This document shows positions 1 to 12,600 of a stretch of 38,648 bases of DNA, one piece after another. The notes below the pieces were generated by a model that saw nothing but the letters and a program-made list of their open reading frames with translations, ran no database searches and was not told the origin of the DNA. The position numbers were made by a program, and so were the translations under genes. The DNA lies in assembly GCA_029717555.1 (NCBI GenBank), contig JAMDHS010000133.1, positions 1 to 38,648 on the forward strand, in the 5' to 3' direction. The number at the start of each line of letters is the position of its first letter. Position 1 is the stretch's first letter. The stretch is from Peribolospora baueri (Eukaryota).

Positions 1-52
1 CTCGGTTTTTTTTTTTTTTTTTTTTTTTTTTTCATTTTTCATGCGTGTACAG

Positions 53-3000
53 GGCGGCGATCGAGGATGACTATGCTCGGAGATTGGCCAAGCTCGCCAA
101 GCAATCGCTAGCAAAGGATGAGTTTGGGTATGTGGAGCAACCTTTTTCTAATGGATACGGACGTCGCGTTGTTCTGTGTCGGTCATGCTGATCCGCTTCA
201 GTCGTCCTCCCCAGCTCGCTTCGAAACTCCCTGGACACCGTCCGCGTTGAGACCGATGCGACGTCGCGGGCACACATGGAACTTGCCAGTCAAATCCGTC
301 GCGATTTGGAAGGCGCAGTCAACGAGTTTGTGGCCAAGACGGGCTCCAAGAGGAAAGCGGTGAGTTTCCCTCTTTTCCAGCGCCTCACTTCCAACCTTTG
401 CGCGCGGGGGCCGATTTTCGTCGCTCCGGTGGCAATGTCCTCGCTTCCTCAGGATCAAGTAACCATCGAGAAATTGTTCAGAAACAAGCAGATGCAGGAG
501 CAGTATGTGAACAAGGTGAGTCCGCCTTTATATATCCACAACCGCCCAGGCATCATCGTGCCCTTAGTCTTCGTCCATACTCGGTGTGCAGGCGAAGGAA
601 AAGTACGAGCAGGATTGCATCAAGATCAACAGCTACACCGCACAGACCAACCTTGTCCAAGGCAAGGATCTCGACAAGGTGAGCCGGATACCTCGTCCAG
701 ATTGCACTGCTCGATGTCTTGGATCGCAAGCTCAGTACACAAGAGCTTTTCTACATTTCCCTTACGAACAGGTGTCCGCCAAGCTGGATAAAGCGCAAGC
801 TACCGTGACGAGCAACGAGCGGGACTATCAGATGTTTGTGCGGGCGTTGAAGGAGACGACGAACCGGTGGAATCTGGAATGGAAGGCGTTCCTTGACGTG
901 AGTCGGCGCCATTCCGAGAGGTGATCCGAGGCGCTTTTCTTCTTTCAAGCGACATGGGCGCTGACTCCGGTATGACTTTTTGTTTGTTTCTGTTAGCAAT
1001 GTCAAGACTTCGAAGAAGAACGTGTCGAATTCATGCGCAGCATCCTCTTTAACTATGCCAATATACTCTCCGCAGTATGCGTCAAGGACGACGAGGTGAG
1101 TCGACCTTGTCAAGTCCTCCTCTGCTAGTAGTCCCATGTCCTCAATTCAGTCCGCACTTTCCCTCACTGTGACGTTTGCTACACCCGATGGGGACATAAC
1201 AGAGCTGCGAACGAATTCGCGTAGTTATAGAACAGGGCGACACGGAAAGGGACATCGTTCTTTTCATCCACCAGAATGGGACGGGCGCGAAAATACCGGG
1301 TGAGCAGCGGTAGATTACCCTGAAGGGCGCACGGGTGAAATGTCGCCGAGCTTACTGTATTGCGCTGTTCAACCCAATTCAGATCCTCCTCGCTTTGTCG
1401 ACCTCGCCAATGGCCAGTCCGTTCCGTCTAAGCCGACCCATACGATCGCCAATTTCCAACGGAGCACCACACGACAGCCACCCCCTCCACCTCCCGACCT
1501 GCCCTCCTATGACGGGCCGCCGCCACCAGAACGGCCCAAGTCCACGGGTTCTACGTTCCAAAGGGCAGACCCTGACCTTACTTCGCGATCGCAGCCGCAA
1601 GGGACAGGGGAGGACAGAGCTACCGGCGACGCTCCAGGCCCCATTGCAACGTCTCGTCCGCCACCTGGTGGAGGGCCTCCGCCAGGTATGCCTGGCGCTC
1701 AAGGCTTGCCAGGTATGCTGCGGTCGGCTTCTCCTAGTTCCGCTCCACCGGTCCATCCGCCTCCTGGAGGAGCAGCCGTACCGGGCCCACCTCCGTCTAC
1801 TTCTTCGGCTCACTTTACGGCACCTTCCGTCCACCCGCCCTCCGGTGCGGTCGGCCTGCCAGGAATGGCTCGCTCCCCATCTCCGGCTCCTCCACCTCCC
1901 AACGACGACCCGATTGCCAAGGCGCTCAGCGTCCTCAAATCGCAGAACGGCAGCATCAGGAGCACGGCTTCTCGGAATAGCGTTCTGACAACCTTGGCCT
2001 CAGCCGGATCTGCTGCGTCTACGATCGCGTCGAGAGGGCAACCTTTAGAGGGTTATCAGCGAGCACCGTCGCCGTCGGTCTCTGCACCGCCACAGCAATT
2101 CTCAGCTCCGCCGTCGTCTTTCTCCGTCCCGTCACCATTGTCCTCTGCTCCGCCGCGGTCCACCTCGCCACAGCCAAGTGCGGTCATGATGAGGCCACCG
2201 CCTCGTTCAACCAGTCCTGTACCAGTGGAAGAGGTGGTCATCAATTACCAACAGAGCTTGCCTGGCGAGAGAAAGAGCCCGAGTCTCAGTCGACAGAACT
2301 CGATGGCCTCCACTTTCCGAGGCCAGCCAGAGTACCCACCTGCGCAAGGCATCCCGCAGCAAGAGCGAGGCAGGCCCGTATCTGGCTTTGCCGGCGTAGG
2401 GGCCAGAGGCAGGAGCCCGAGTCCACAGCCTTTCCAGACGAGCACCCTCCAGTCACCAGCACAGGTGCAACCTCCACAGAGGGCCACGTCGCCTTTGGGC
2501 ATCCAGCTCGACGCCACAGGCAGCGTAACTCATGATCAAATGGCGGAGGAGTACATGCGACGTCAACAGTCCCAGCAAGCCCAACAACAGGGGCAGGTCC
2601 ATCCGCAGGTGCACGCTCCTCAGCCTCAACAGCCCATGGCCCAGACGACGCCCTCGCAGCAAAGGCATCCGAGCTACAGCCAGCAGCCGACGTCTCCGAT
2701 GTACTGGCATTCGCAGCAACTCTCGCACGCGTCCGTGTACAGCCAACCGCCTCAGCCTCAGCCGATGCCTTCATATCAGCAGCCGCCTCAACCACTGCCT
2801 TCCTATCAGCAGCCGCCCCAGCCAATACCTTCATATCAACAGCCGCCTCAGCCAACACCGTCGTACCAGCAGCCACCTCAGCCAACGCCGTCATATCAAC
2901 AGCCGCCTCAGCGATCTCCGTCATATCAGCAGCCGCCTCAGCCATCGCCGTCATATCAGCAACCATCCCAGCCGATGGCTTCATATCAGCAGTCATCCCA

Positions 3001-3633
3001 AGCGATGCCTTCATATCAGCAGCAGCCCCCGCAACAGCCTCAACAGACGCGACCACAGCCACAGCAACAGCCATCGCCGTCTCACAGGTTAAGCTCGGCC
3101 TCCAACCCGCTGCACGTGTTGAGTCAGTCTTCGCAAGGCGTTACGCTCCTGCAGTCGCCGTACGCTCAGCAACCCACGTTGGGAAGCCTGCACTCCCAGC
3201 AGCCGCCCTCGCAGCCTAACCCGAACTCGCCTTCCAGCTATCAAGGACGGCCGAGCACTATATCGCAGGCGCCGTCCTTGGCACACCCCGCGCAGCAGTC
3301 GCAACCACAGCAACCTTCCGCCTCTCCGACAGGCCAGTTCAGCGAGGAGGGCAAGCCGATCATATTTTACGGTGAGGGAGATCGGACTTACTTGTGATTT
3401 CGGCCGACTCGTTATCGGCTGCCGCTGACGTCGCCGCTCGTTAACTGTCAGTCAAAGCGCTGTTCGACTACGAGGCGACGATCGACGAAGAGTTCAGCTT
3501 CCAAGCAGGCGATATCATTGCCGTTACCGCTACGGAGCCGGACGGGTGGTGGAAGGGCGAGCTGCTGGACGAGAAGAGGCGCTGGCCTGGGAGGAACACG
3601 TTCCCCAGCAATTTCGTCGTGCTCCTCGTGTAG
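53..3633 (+). CDS. hof1: F-BAR + proline/glutamine-rich linker + SH3 protein (Hof1/Cdc15/Imp2 PCH family); 5' end lies outside the window
   Basis: Manual splicing gives exons ~53-127, 215-359, 453-515, 592-678, 772-897, 998-1095, 1203-1299, 1383-3371 and 3452-3633, all bounded by GT..AG. The N-terminal part reads AAIEDDYARRLAKLAK...KEKYEQDCIKINSY...WNLEWKAFLDQCQDFEEERVEF (F-BAR). The last exon reads VKALFDYEATIDEEFSFQAGDIIAV...DGWWKGE...FPSNFV* (canonical SH3). Confidence 0.9.
2756..3025 (+). repeat. Coding minisatellite: ~9 x 30-bp units encoding PQPxPSYQQP
   Basis: Visible as repeated cctcagccNNNNccNtcatatcagcagccg units in the F-BAR protein linker. Confidence 0.9.
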
Positions 3634-4466
3634 CTCGGGTCAGTTCCCTAGTGTACCCTCGTTCTCTTCCGCCGCTGCGCGTTTGCCGCAAGAGGCTCCC
3701 TTTCGAGTTCTGACGTCTTTGCCCTCGAGGTCCTTGGAGTGAATATGTTTTGCATGAATTTGTCCCTCGCATGAGTGTTGCAACGCTGACGAAGATCCAC
3801 AGTGATGACATAACATATTCCAAACGATGGAACCTGCCGTACGATAGCTGAAGCTAGACCCTTGCACGCCTTCCCCGTTTCAGCTTCCCCTTGGCCAACA
3901 ACATACGAGGCCGGAAATGCTAGAGAAGTTACCGCAGGGACAAGTGGCTCGTGGCATATTGCGAGGACGTCAAGATGCGCCTACGTAGTGATCCGATGTT
4001 CTCCGACATGAGCTCCCCCTTCCTTTCCGTACCTTTAACACCGTCGTGACGCGCCGTTACATGACACGCATTGCGAAGACAGCGTCTAGAGTTGATACGA
4101 GAGAGTAGCTAAACCTCTACTCCCCCTGTAGAGTTGAAAGCCTGCGTAATCATTTCAGACGGAGCAGGGATCTTACGGAACGGGAGACAACTCCCTTATC
4201 GCAACAGATTATGAAACCGGCGATGCGCTCATCGACGGCGTCGAATCCCTCAACATCCGCGTCAACTTTTCTTCACTCTCCTCGTCCTCGTTAAATGAGC
4301 AATCTGTCGCCCAACCCACTTGATATTAACCCTCCACGTACTCGCACAGCGCCTGCTGTCACGCCTGCTGTCAGTCCACCTGCGGACCTGCACCAGGCAT
4401 GTCCGAGACGCTTGTCAGTGACGTAATCCTCATATCTCATGCTATGCGACAGGTCGACAAGGTCAC

Positions 4467-4635
4467 TGTCACAAACCTCCGCTCAGAACCTCGTGCTCAT
4501 AGGCTCGGACAAAGGAGCTGTGACGTTGCGAGGTTAGAACATAGGAGCTACGGTGCTGCACCGGTTCATGAACGTGTATATAAAGAGAGCCCGACAGGGC
4601 GTCCGCATCTTTCCTCCCCAAGCTAAGAATATTCA
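4467..4635 (+). mobile_element. Partial LTR (5' part) of an LTR retrotransposon
   Basis: Starts TGTCACAAACC and closely matches the first ~160 bp of the complete solo LTR at 26231-26585, including the TATATAAAGAGAGCCCGACAGGGCGTC block. A gypsy protease fragment follows directly. Confidence 0.85.
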
Positions 4636-4644
4636 GTGACCGGT

Positions 4645-4930
4645 ACAACCTTTTGCTTCAGGCCAAGACCCAGCCTCAGCCCCTCCTAGTCATCGACGGG
4701 CGACCGATCAGCTCCGGGCCCGTCACCCATTACGTCGAGACCGGGCTACGCATTAGTTCCCATCGGGAGACCCTCCTTTTTGATGTCACCCGTCTCGCCC
4801 ATTATCCCATCGTTTTGGGGATCCCCTGGTTGCGTCGCCATAACCTTTCATCGACTGGCGGCGCGACAAGCTCCAGTTCACCTCCAGTCATTGCGTCCAA
4901 TCCTGCGTCGAGGATCCTCCAGCCGTTTCA
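4645..4930 (+). pseudogene. Ty3/gypsy retropepsin-like aspartic protease fragment (frameshifted; the N-terminal catalytic D-S/T-G part is missing)
   Basis: Reads LLVIDGRPISSGPVTHYVETGLRISSHRETLLFDVTRLAHYPIVLGIPWLRRHN, then after a frameshift (~4845) FIDWRRDKLQFTSSHC. The 'IVLGxPWLxxHNPxIDW' pattern is typical of fungal gypsy proteases. Confidence 0.85.
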
Positions 4931-5001
4931 GCCGTGCCTCTTGTTCCAGCAGCTCCCCAGTCTACAGAATGTCCCAGCACCGAGGTCGTCCAGGTCACCA
5001 T

Positions 5002-5083
5002 CCAGCCCAGCCCCGTTCAGTCCAGTCCAGCCCGGCCCAGCCCTATCCAGTCCAACCCAATTCCACTGAGTCCAGTTCCCAGC
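5002..5083 (+). repeat. Degenerate pentamer repeat (CCAGY)n
   Basis: ccagcccagc...tccagtccagcccggcccagccctatccagtccaacccaattcc. Confidence 0.7.
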
Positions 5084-6326
5084 CAAGAGGGGCTCCTTGA
5101 GGCTGGGAAGACGCTCTGCCAGACTCACCATCTTGACGAGGTACCGCCAAGACGCTGTCTTGGGGCGCTCTGCCTTTCCCAGCAGCGAGAGCAGGCGATC
5201 CACGGCCGCAGCCACTGCTAAAGGATCACTGTCTTTCATCCCGTACCGTATGAAGATGGACTCTCGGTTCGACAGCAGACTAGGGAGGGTCGACGGCAGG
5301 AGAGCACGCGAGGCGCCGACTCCAGAACGGTGGAGGCGTTCTTCTCTTCCGTTTCATCGGCGTCAAGGTCTTGAAGGACGTCGGGGAGAGCATGACGACA
5401 TCTGAGCGTGAAGAAGCGGCCGCCAGTCGGGTTTGACCTTTTTGCCTGTGCTCCCACACACGTGCTCCACGCGTGGGCGAGAGATGGCCTTGCCATCGCA
5501 TTCAGCACAGGTAGGCAGCACCAGCGCTCGTGTAGTCTATGCTCCCTCAAGCGCCGCCTGTTCGTTGCGACGCGACGGTCACATGACCCTTCGCACCAAA
5601 AGGTCAAGCTGTCCGTCCTGTCCTGGTCGGTCGCCTGGAGCGGTTCTGTGCTAGAATGGGCCGCCAGCCAAGCCGTCCGCTGCCTCTCCGTCTTGAGTGT
5701 TGTTTCCCGGCCCCGTTTGTACTCCGTGTTGGCCTTTGCGTGTGTATTCTATGCCGGTCTGTTCATGTGTATTATATGTCGGTCTGTTGCAGTCTGTCGC
5801 ATGTGTAATCAGCAATTAGTCCGAGAGCGGGTTGGGCTCGGTTCCATTAGGCCAAAGTCGTTCGCGAATCTTTTGAATTTGTCGCCCCATGGGAAGGAAG
5901 ACATGGGTTATGGGTTACGCTGCACATTCATATAACAATGTATCGGAGAGCCCATGCGGGCCTCTCGTCTGGACGCCTTGTAACCTAGAGGCATGATTAC
6001 ATAAGACCCTCTGGCGGCTGTAATTGCCCGTGATCAAAGCCTCGTCTGCCGCAATCGGTGCCGATCATCTAAATTCGCTGGCCGTTGCAGCGGGTACGCG
6101 GGTGGGTTGGTTTGTCCTTTGTGAGGCATCCGTTGTTGGAACACCGCCGGCGGGCCGAATGATCGCCCATAGCCTAAATGTTCCTGGGTGCGCCCTCGTC
6201 GTCCAGGCAGGCAGGCCCCGCTCTGGTTCGGCCGTTGCGGGTCTGCTTAGGACGGCGTGACAGGCGGCGCAACAGATCGTGCGAGAGGGCGAGCGCATGC
6301 GGTGCTGGGATGGTATATAAAGCGAG

Positions 6327-6400
6327 AGTTGGAAGAGCGTCAGAGTGTAATTGTTAGCCGGTTTATCTGAATGTCCCTGGTTCGATCCCGGGTGGTCGGA
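6327..6400 (+). pseudogene. 5'-truncated, intron-containing tRNA-Tyr(GTA) pseudogene
   Basis: Contains a D-loop remnant AGTTGGAAGAGC, an anticodon stem TCAGA/TCTGA around GT-GTA-A with a ~14-nt intron, a T-arm with B-box GGTTCGATCCC, the 3' acceptor strand GGTCGG-A, and a T6 Pol III terminator (6401-6406). The 5' acceptor strand (expected CCGACC...) is absent. Confidence 0.75.
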
Positions 6401-7251
6401 TTTTTTGGAGTCAGTCGGCCTTCGGCCGACTGGTCTGAGTGGTCTGACGCCTTGAGCTATGGTCGGAAACGATTACATGGGAGTTCTCTTGGATGCCTTT
6501 TGACCTGTACGACAACAACGACGGCCCGTCCAACGACGACGAGACGCGCAAGGAGTTCGAGGACTCCCCGCGGGGCGAGCAGCACGAGCAACACGAGCCA
6601 GGCGAACGACGCGACTCGTTCGACAAGTCGGACGATGCACCGTCGGCCGCCGCCGCTGCTCCTCCTCCTGCGAGGACGGAAGGCGGCGGCGGCGGTGGAG
6701 GTGCAACGGCTGGGTCTACCACCGAGTCGTCCAAGTTCCCCCTGCCGCCACCGCCCGTTGCCTCTTCTGATGGAGGCGCCAACGGTGCGCACCTACTCTA
6801 GCGCCGTCGCAGCACAGTTTGCATCATACAACCAGACACCAGACCAGGAGCGCATTCGGCGAGCGGATGCGGACCAGCAGTCCGACAGGCCCAAGACCGG
6901 AAGGATCGCCCCTCATGAGATGCCTGAGGAAGGGTGAGTAGCGCCCCGTGTTCGTCTTCTATCTGTCTGCCACCGGTGCTGGTCATTCCCGCCGTTGCCC
7001 TATTGCCTCCGTCTGTCTGTCTGTCGTCGCTCGGCAGCCAGCTGCATTCACACCACGTAGTCGGTCGCACCGCGTCGCATCGCGTAGAAGTAGGACTTAG
7101 TTCCTTACGTAGCCCCGTCTCTCTACCTATGCCGATGTCATTCTCAGTTTGAGCCATCTGGTCGGTCTCGACAAGACGATGCCTCGACGCAAGGAGTATC
7201 GGGCAGCCGTCCGTCGTCTACGTAAAGCGGGCAGAGGAGAGTTGCATTGGT

Positions 7252-9051
7252 CTACTCGCCGAAAGGGAACTTCTGCCCTACCCAACCCTCGGTGAGGGTC
7301 CACAACTTGCGAGCGGACTCCTACAAGGCAGGCGAAGGACATCACCGAGGCGGGACGGTGGGGCAAGAGCGACGGTGAGCGCTTGCCGAGCATAGCACAC
7401 GAGTCTAAGAGCGACTCACCTTGTCCCTCGCATAAGGGGCGGCGACATCGTTGGCAATCTTTCCATCGGCGAGATAGCTGCCGGATTGATCTGGGGATAA
7501 GAAGGGAAGAGGGAGGACAGAGATGAGCGAGTGCGGTCGGTCCATCGGACGGCGACGAGCCCAAATGGGACGGCACGTACCCTTGATTGTCTCGTCAAAG
7601 GCTGCCGCGAGGACGCTGGATGTGGACGGAAAGGTTGGTAGACGGACGGGAAAGATGTCAGACGCATGTCCCCACCCGCGACGTCGGTCGCACTCACTTG
7701 ACGGCAGCCTGCGTTCGGGTCATGAAAGGGATCTGGTAACCACCGCGAATGTGGGCCACAGTGATCCTTTCGCCATTCGGCCCAAAATAGCCTGCGAGCG
7801 ATGGCGACGTGAGCGGTGCCGACCACTGCGTCGGGCATGATCCGAGGTCGCTCACCTTCCTTGATCATGTGCTCGGTCGATAGGCTCCGGTTGAAGTTGG
7901 TGTAGGTCACTTTGGAAGCGGGGAAAGGGGATGAGTGAGGGTGAGCGAGGATCAAAGATAGGCGAAGAGACAGGCGGTGCGCTCACGTCCGGGATGAGGA
8001 GCGAAAACGAGGATGCTGTCCTCGTTTAGTCGGTCGGCGAGTTCCAAAGAGGACAACATGACGGCCGTCTTGGTTGAGCCGTAAGCGACCCAGGTATCGT
8101 AGGGCTCCTTCTCGAATTGGGGATCGTCGAACCGGAACGGGCTGGCGTAGTGGCCCGAGCTGGCCACGTTGACGATGCGCGGGAGGGGGCCTCGGATGGC
8201 CTTGGCCGCCTTGGCCGTCTCGCGGAGCTTGGGCAACACGAGGTTGGTGAAGAGCCAGGGCCCGATGTAGTTGACGGCCAGCTGCGCCTCGAGCCCAGTC
8301 GAGACGGTCTCGCGGAATTCGGTCACGTTGCCGGCGTTGTTAATCAGAACCTGGGAGGGCGGGGGAAGGGAAAACCAGAGAGGCAGAGGTAGGAAGGAAA
8401 GAGAGGATGGCCTTTGATCAGTCCAGCTCCGTTCGACCTGTTTATCATATGCGTCCGAGGCCGAGCCCTTGTCCTCCCTTCCGTCCTGTCCGCTCACGTC
8501 GACGTGGCCGGGAAGGGCTAGGACCTCGTCGGCGGCCTTGCGGATGGAGTCGAAGGAGGAAAGGTCAAAGGCGAGCGGGACGAGGTCGACGTCTGGGGCT
8601 TCGCGACGGATGTTCTGGATCGACTTGTTGGCGCTGCGGGGAGGACGGGAGGATCATGGGGCGCACCGGACAAAGGCAGCGACGGGGAAACGAGGGGTCA
8701 GACATGGATTGAGCACGACGTCAGGCAGGGGTTAGCCCCGGCGGGCGATGAGCGAGAGCGACGAGGAACCCCCGCGCGACACCCACTTCTCCAACGTCCG
8801 GCCGTGGACTACGATCCGCTTCGCGTCGTTGACGGCGATGAGCCTGGCGATCTCGGCGCCGATGCCGCCGGGGGAAGCGCCGGTGACGATGACTGGCGGG
8901 GAGAGGGAGAAGGAGGAAGCGGGGTGGGGTATCAGAACCGTCGCCGCTGGTCCGCCGTCGCCCAAGGTGCGCTGGCCTCTCTCTCACCGCTCTTGCCCTT
9001 AATGCTCGGAGCGAGGTCAGCGATGACCGTGGCTGGGTCGACGGCGGACAT
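7252..9051 (-). CDS. Short-chain dehydrogenase/reductase (retinol-dehydrogenase-like classical SDR), multi-exon
   Basis: The spliced product reads MSAVDPATVIADLAPSIKGKSVIVTGASPGGIG (Rossmann), FDLSSFDSIR, VLINNAG, RIVNVASSGH, catalytic YGSTK, and C-terminal SGSYLADG...ESARKLWTLTEGWVGQKFPFGE*. Introns are GT..AG and no disabling lesion was seen. Confidence 0.9.
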
Positions 9052-9661
9052 GATATGGAAGAACGGCGGGCTTTTTGGGGAGGGGCTTGATGGAGGGAGA
9101 AGGGGGACGGGGAGAAAAAGGACGTGCTCTATATGTGTGTCTTTAGCCTGCTCGCCTCGCGTCACTGTCTGGTCGTAAGTAAGTCGTGTATTTCTCTGAG
9201 CGGAGGTCGGTGGACGACGGGATGGGTTTGGAGAGTCCGAGAGCTACGTGATACTCTGTCGAGTGCATACAGTCTCAAGTCTGGCAGTGAGGGGCATACG
9301 ACGTCCGACGAGCCAAATCAATCGCACTTTGCGCCGAGATTAGCCGCCATTGCCGCAGTAGGAGACGAGGCCAGCGTTGGCGCTATGAGGAGATGAAGAA
9401 TTGATCTGTGATGAGCAGCAGGCTGCTGGGTAGGGCCAACGCTCTGCAGTTCCCTTGGGCGGCTAAGCTGACACCACGCTCGACCTCTGCCTCGTTCGCC
9501 GGCAGGTCGATCCAAGTTCGCTGCCCAGGTGGTCCGGGGTGTGGAGCCACACATGTATGTGACGAGCCGGAAAACACGAACGTTCTTCATAAAATAGGGA
9601 TGCGGACAAATGCCAAGGTATATCAAAAGTGAAGAAGAAACGACCAGAGAAAAGACTTCAA

Positions 9662-12600
9662 TCATCTACAGATGTCCGAACGGAACCATCGTCGGGCAGC
9701 GGCGAACAAGGCGGGAGAACGGAGGATGGAGTAATGCGACACGTCGTCCACCACTTCGACCTGACAAGACGGCAAGGTAGCCGCGAGTAGCCGAGCCTCT
9801 GCCTCCCCGCCGTTAAAGCTGCGCGACGCCAGGACGAGGAGGACCGGCGACGAGACTCGGAGCAAAGACAGCACCACATCCCTATCACCCTCGTGAGCCG
9901 CATCAAGGACGAAAGAGGACAGGGCCCGCATGTGCGACCGGAATCGAGAGGCCCACGCCTTGGCTACCGGTAGCGAGACACCGTCGGCGGTCAGAGCGGA
10001 GGCCAGCGCTCCAGCGGAGACATCATCGAAGAACGGCGGCGGGTGGCCGTCGCCACCGCCCTTCCCCGCCTCAGAAGCCTCTGCGCGCATCGCTTCGAGG
10101 ACCGGCTGACCCAGCGCAAGCAGGTCGCCGTCGCGCGCCCGTCGCGCACCGTCTAGGAACGAGGGGCTAGCCAGATAGATCGGCGACTGATCCACGAGCA
10201 GCAGCCGACACTCTCGTCCCTCGGCCTCGAGTAACCTCGCCACTCTCAAAGCGACGATGGCGCCGAAGGAAAAGCCGGCGAGCAGGTACGGTCCACGAGA
10301 TTGCCGTCTCACCAGCTCTGACCGGCTCGCTTCGGCCAGTGCATCCAAACTCTCGCACTCCTCTTCCGCCTTCGACACCACGACGGCACCGCCGAGAGCA
10401 GAGGCGAGGGCGGACAGTTGGTGCGTGCCCCCGCCGGCCCCGGGAAAGAGGAACACTCTCGTGGCACCGCCCCCTTGATCCTCCGACTGCTCGTCCCCAA
10501 CCGCCGTGGCGCGCCCCTGCTCCACGTCGTACTTCTCTCTCAGCGACTTCAGAGTGGTGGAAAAGAGGACCTGCATCTGCGGCACCTCCATACCCAGCTC
10601 TCTGCGCAACTCGGTGCTCAGCCGCACGCCTGTGAGCGAGTCCAGGCCGTAGTTGGCCAAAGCCAGATCTGGCTCGAGCTTGGACGGGTCAACGTCGAGG
10701 ACACGTGCGACGATCGCGTCCGTCGGCGGCATGTCTTCAAGCTCGTCCTTAGACCCAGAGCGCTTCCGGCCGTCGACCAGATGGCCCATCGTCCGGGACC
10801 GGGCTGACTCTGCCACCGTCTTGATGTCCACGTGCGGGACGTAGACGCCGACCTTTCCGTTCCGCAGGAGCAGCAGCGCTTGCTCGACATGTTGCAGGTA
10901 GTCTTCAGCTTTGACGCCCCACTTTTGACCGAGCTGCAGCGCCGCCTTGGTTCCGACGTCGTCGAGCGTGCGTCGGTAAATGCCGCCGTCGAGCAGCGGC
11001 ACGACCGCCATGGCCACGGCGTTGGGAAGCGGCGCCAGCAGCTCCTCGAGGCCGGCGTTGGCGATGGTGTACGTAGCCTGGCCTGCAGAGCCCGCGATGG
11101 TGGCCAACGACGAGGCGCCGATCACAAAGTCGAGCGTTTCGGAACGAACTATCGACAGCAATCTACCAAGCGCATCCACCTTGACGCCCCACGGCACGTC
11201 AAAGTCGTTCTGCGTCCGCGTCGTGATCATGCCGTCCGTCAACTGGACTGGAAGGTACACCAGACCGGCCAGACGCCGCGTCCTCATCAGATCATGCACG
11301 AGGGCGCCTGACTTTTCAGCGTCCGCCGCGTCCACGGCGGCGATTCGGAGCTCGACGCCGGCCCGACTCTCGATGTGCTCGATAATGCCCCGTTCGCGGT
11401 GCCACCCGGGACGATCGAGGGTGTCGCGCCCCGAACGCGAGGTCAGACAGATGTGTCGAGCGCCTCGGTCGACGAACCAGCGGGCCATGCGGACGCCCAG
11501 CCCTCCGCACCCGCCTACGATCAGATACCAAGCCTCTGCATCGAGCTGCAGGCTGTCTGGCGCCACGCCAACGGCTCGACAGGTAGACGAGACGGCAAAA
11601 GGCGTATCGGACGGGTGGGCTTCGATAAGTTCGGAAGCCGGAATGGCGAAACCGTCGTCATCGGGAGTGTCTCCGGGCGGCCCGTGCGCAAGAATCTCCT
11701 TCAAGCCTCGGAGCACCCTCCTTATGCGCGGATGCAGCAGCTCGATGTCGCGACTGAGTTCTACCGCTTCGACGCCGGGGAAGCGCTGGGAACCGAACAT
11801 GACCGCTACCTTTGATGTGGGCCGGGCCGTGTACGCTTCCGGCAGAGCTGAGGTGGCGACCAGCAGGTCGAACCGGCGAGAGCGCAGATGCCAGAGACGA
11901 CGGAGGACTTGTTCAGGTCCGCCACAGCAGGGCTCGTCGATCACCGTCACCACGTCGATGTCCAGTGCCGAGGCGGCCGAGGCGAAAGCGTCTGCCATGA
12001 CGCGGCCGCCGACGAACAAGACCGACGACGGAGGGTCCAGCACTGAAAAGCCGGAGGCGTCGATAGCATACAGAGCGAACACGAGGCCGAGCAGATAGCG
12101 TTGGCCGGTGACGGCACCGGCTTCAACGCGGACGATGAGGTCTTCATTCAGCGCGACTTTGCTGGCCAAAAGGGGCGAAAAGCCGATCAAGGTCGCTCCC
12201 TGCCCGCTCTGCCCGTGCACGAGGCAGGCACCGGAGGAGATAAAGATGCCGCCATCGACGGTGACCGCGACCTTGCCCGGATCGAGAGCGGGCGCGTACG
12301 CAGCTTCGAGCTTGATGGCGTCCGCTCCGGTGTCTGAGCGCGAGTTGACCAGTCGCCATTCTGGCAGCGGGGACATCTTCTCAGCAGCGTGCTCCGGCCG
12401 CAGCAAGCGAACCAAGCGACAGACCTGCATAGTGCCGTCACCCACGAAACGAACCTCAACCTCGTGGTCAGGCACCGACGCGACTCGCTTTAGCAGGTCC
12501 TCACGAGCCGGCTGTGTCAAGACAGAATCGAACAAGACGACCCGGACCCCAATGTCGAGGTCCACTCGGAGAGAACGACCGAAGGCCAGGGCGCCCGCCG

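Noticed and set aside
6..32. Poly-T run as a retroposon poly(A) tail
   Set aside because: It lies in the polypyrimidine region of an intron of the F-BAR gene, just before the AG at 51-52. No element body or TSD is visible.
2756..3025. CRISPR-like array
   Set aside because: The repeats are contiguous 30-bp coding units without unique spacers, in a eukaryotic exon.
3900..4460. Possible coding relic (e.g. KWLVAYCEDVKMRLRSDPMF; ATDYETGDALIDGVESLNIR)
   Set aside because: The pieces are short, stop-interrupted and carry no recognisable family motif, so no call can be supported without a search.
5085..5410. Minus-strand protein-like fragment (RYGMKDSDPLAVAAAVDRLLSLLGK...)
   Set aside because: Probably a gene relic, but it has no identifiable domain, start or consistent exon structure.
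6493..6937. Low-complexity acidic/Gly/Pro ORFs as a real gene
   Set aside because: Two overlapping frames, no domain and no downstream exons identified. At best a fragment.
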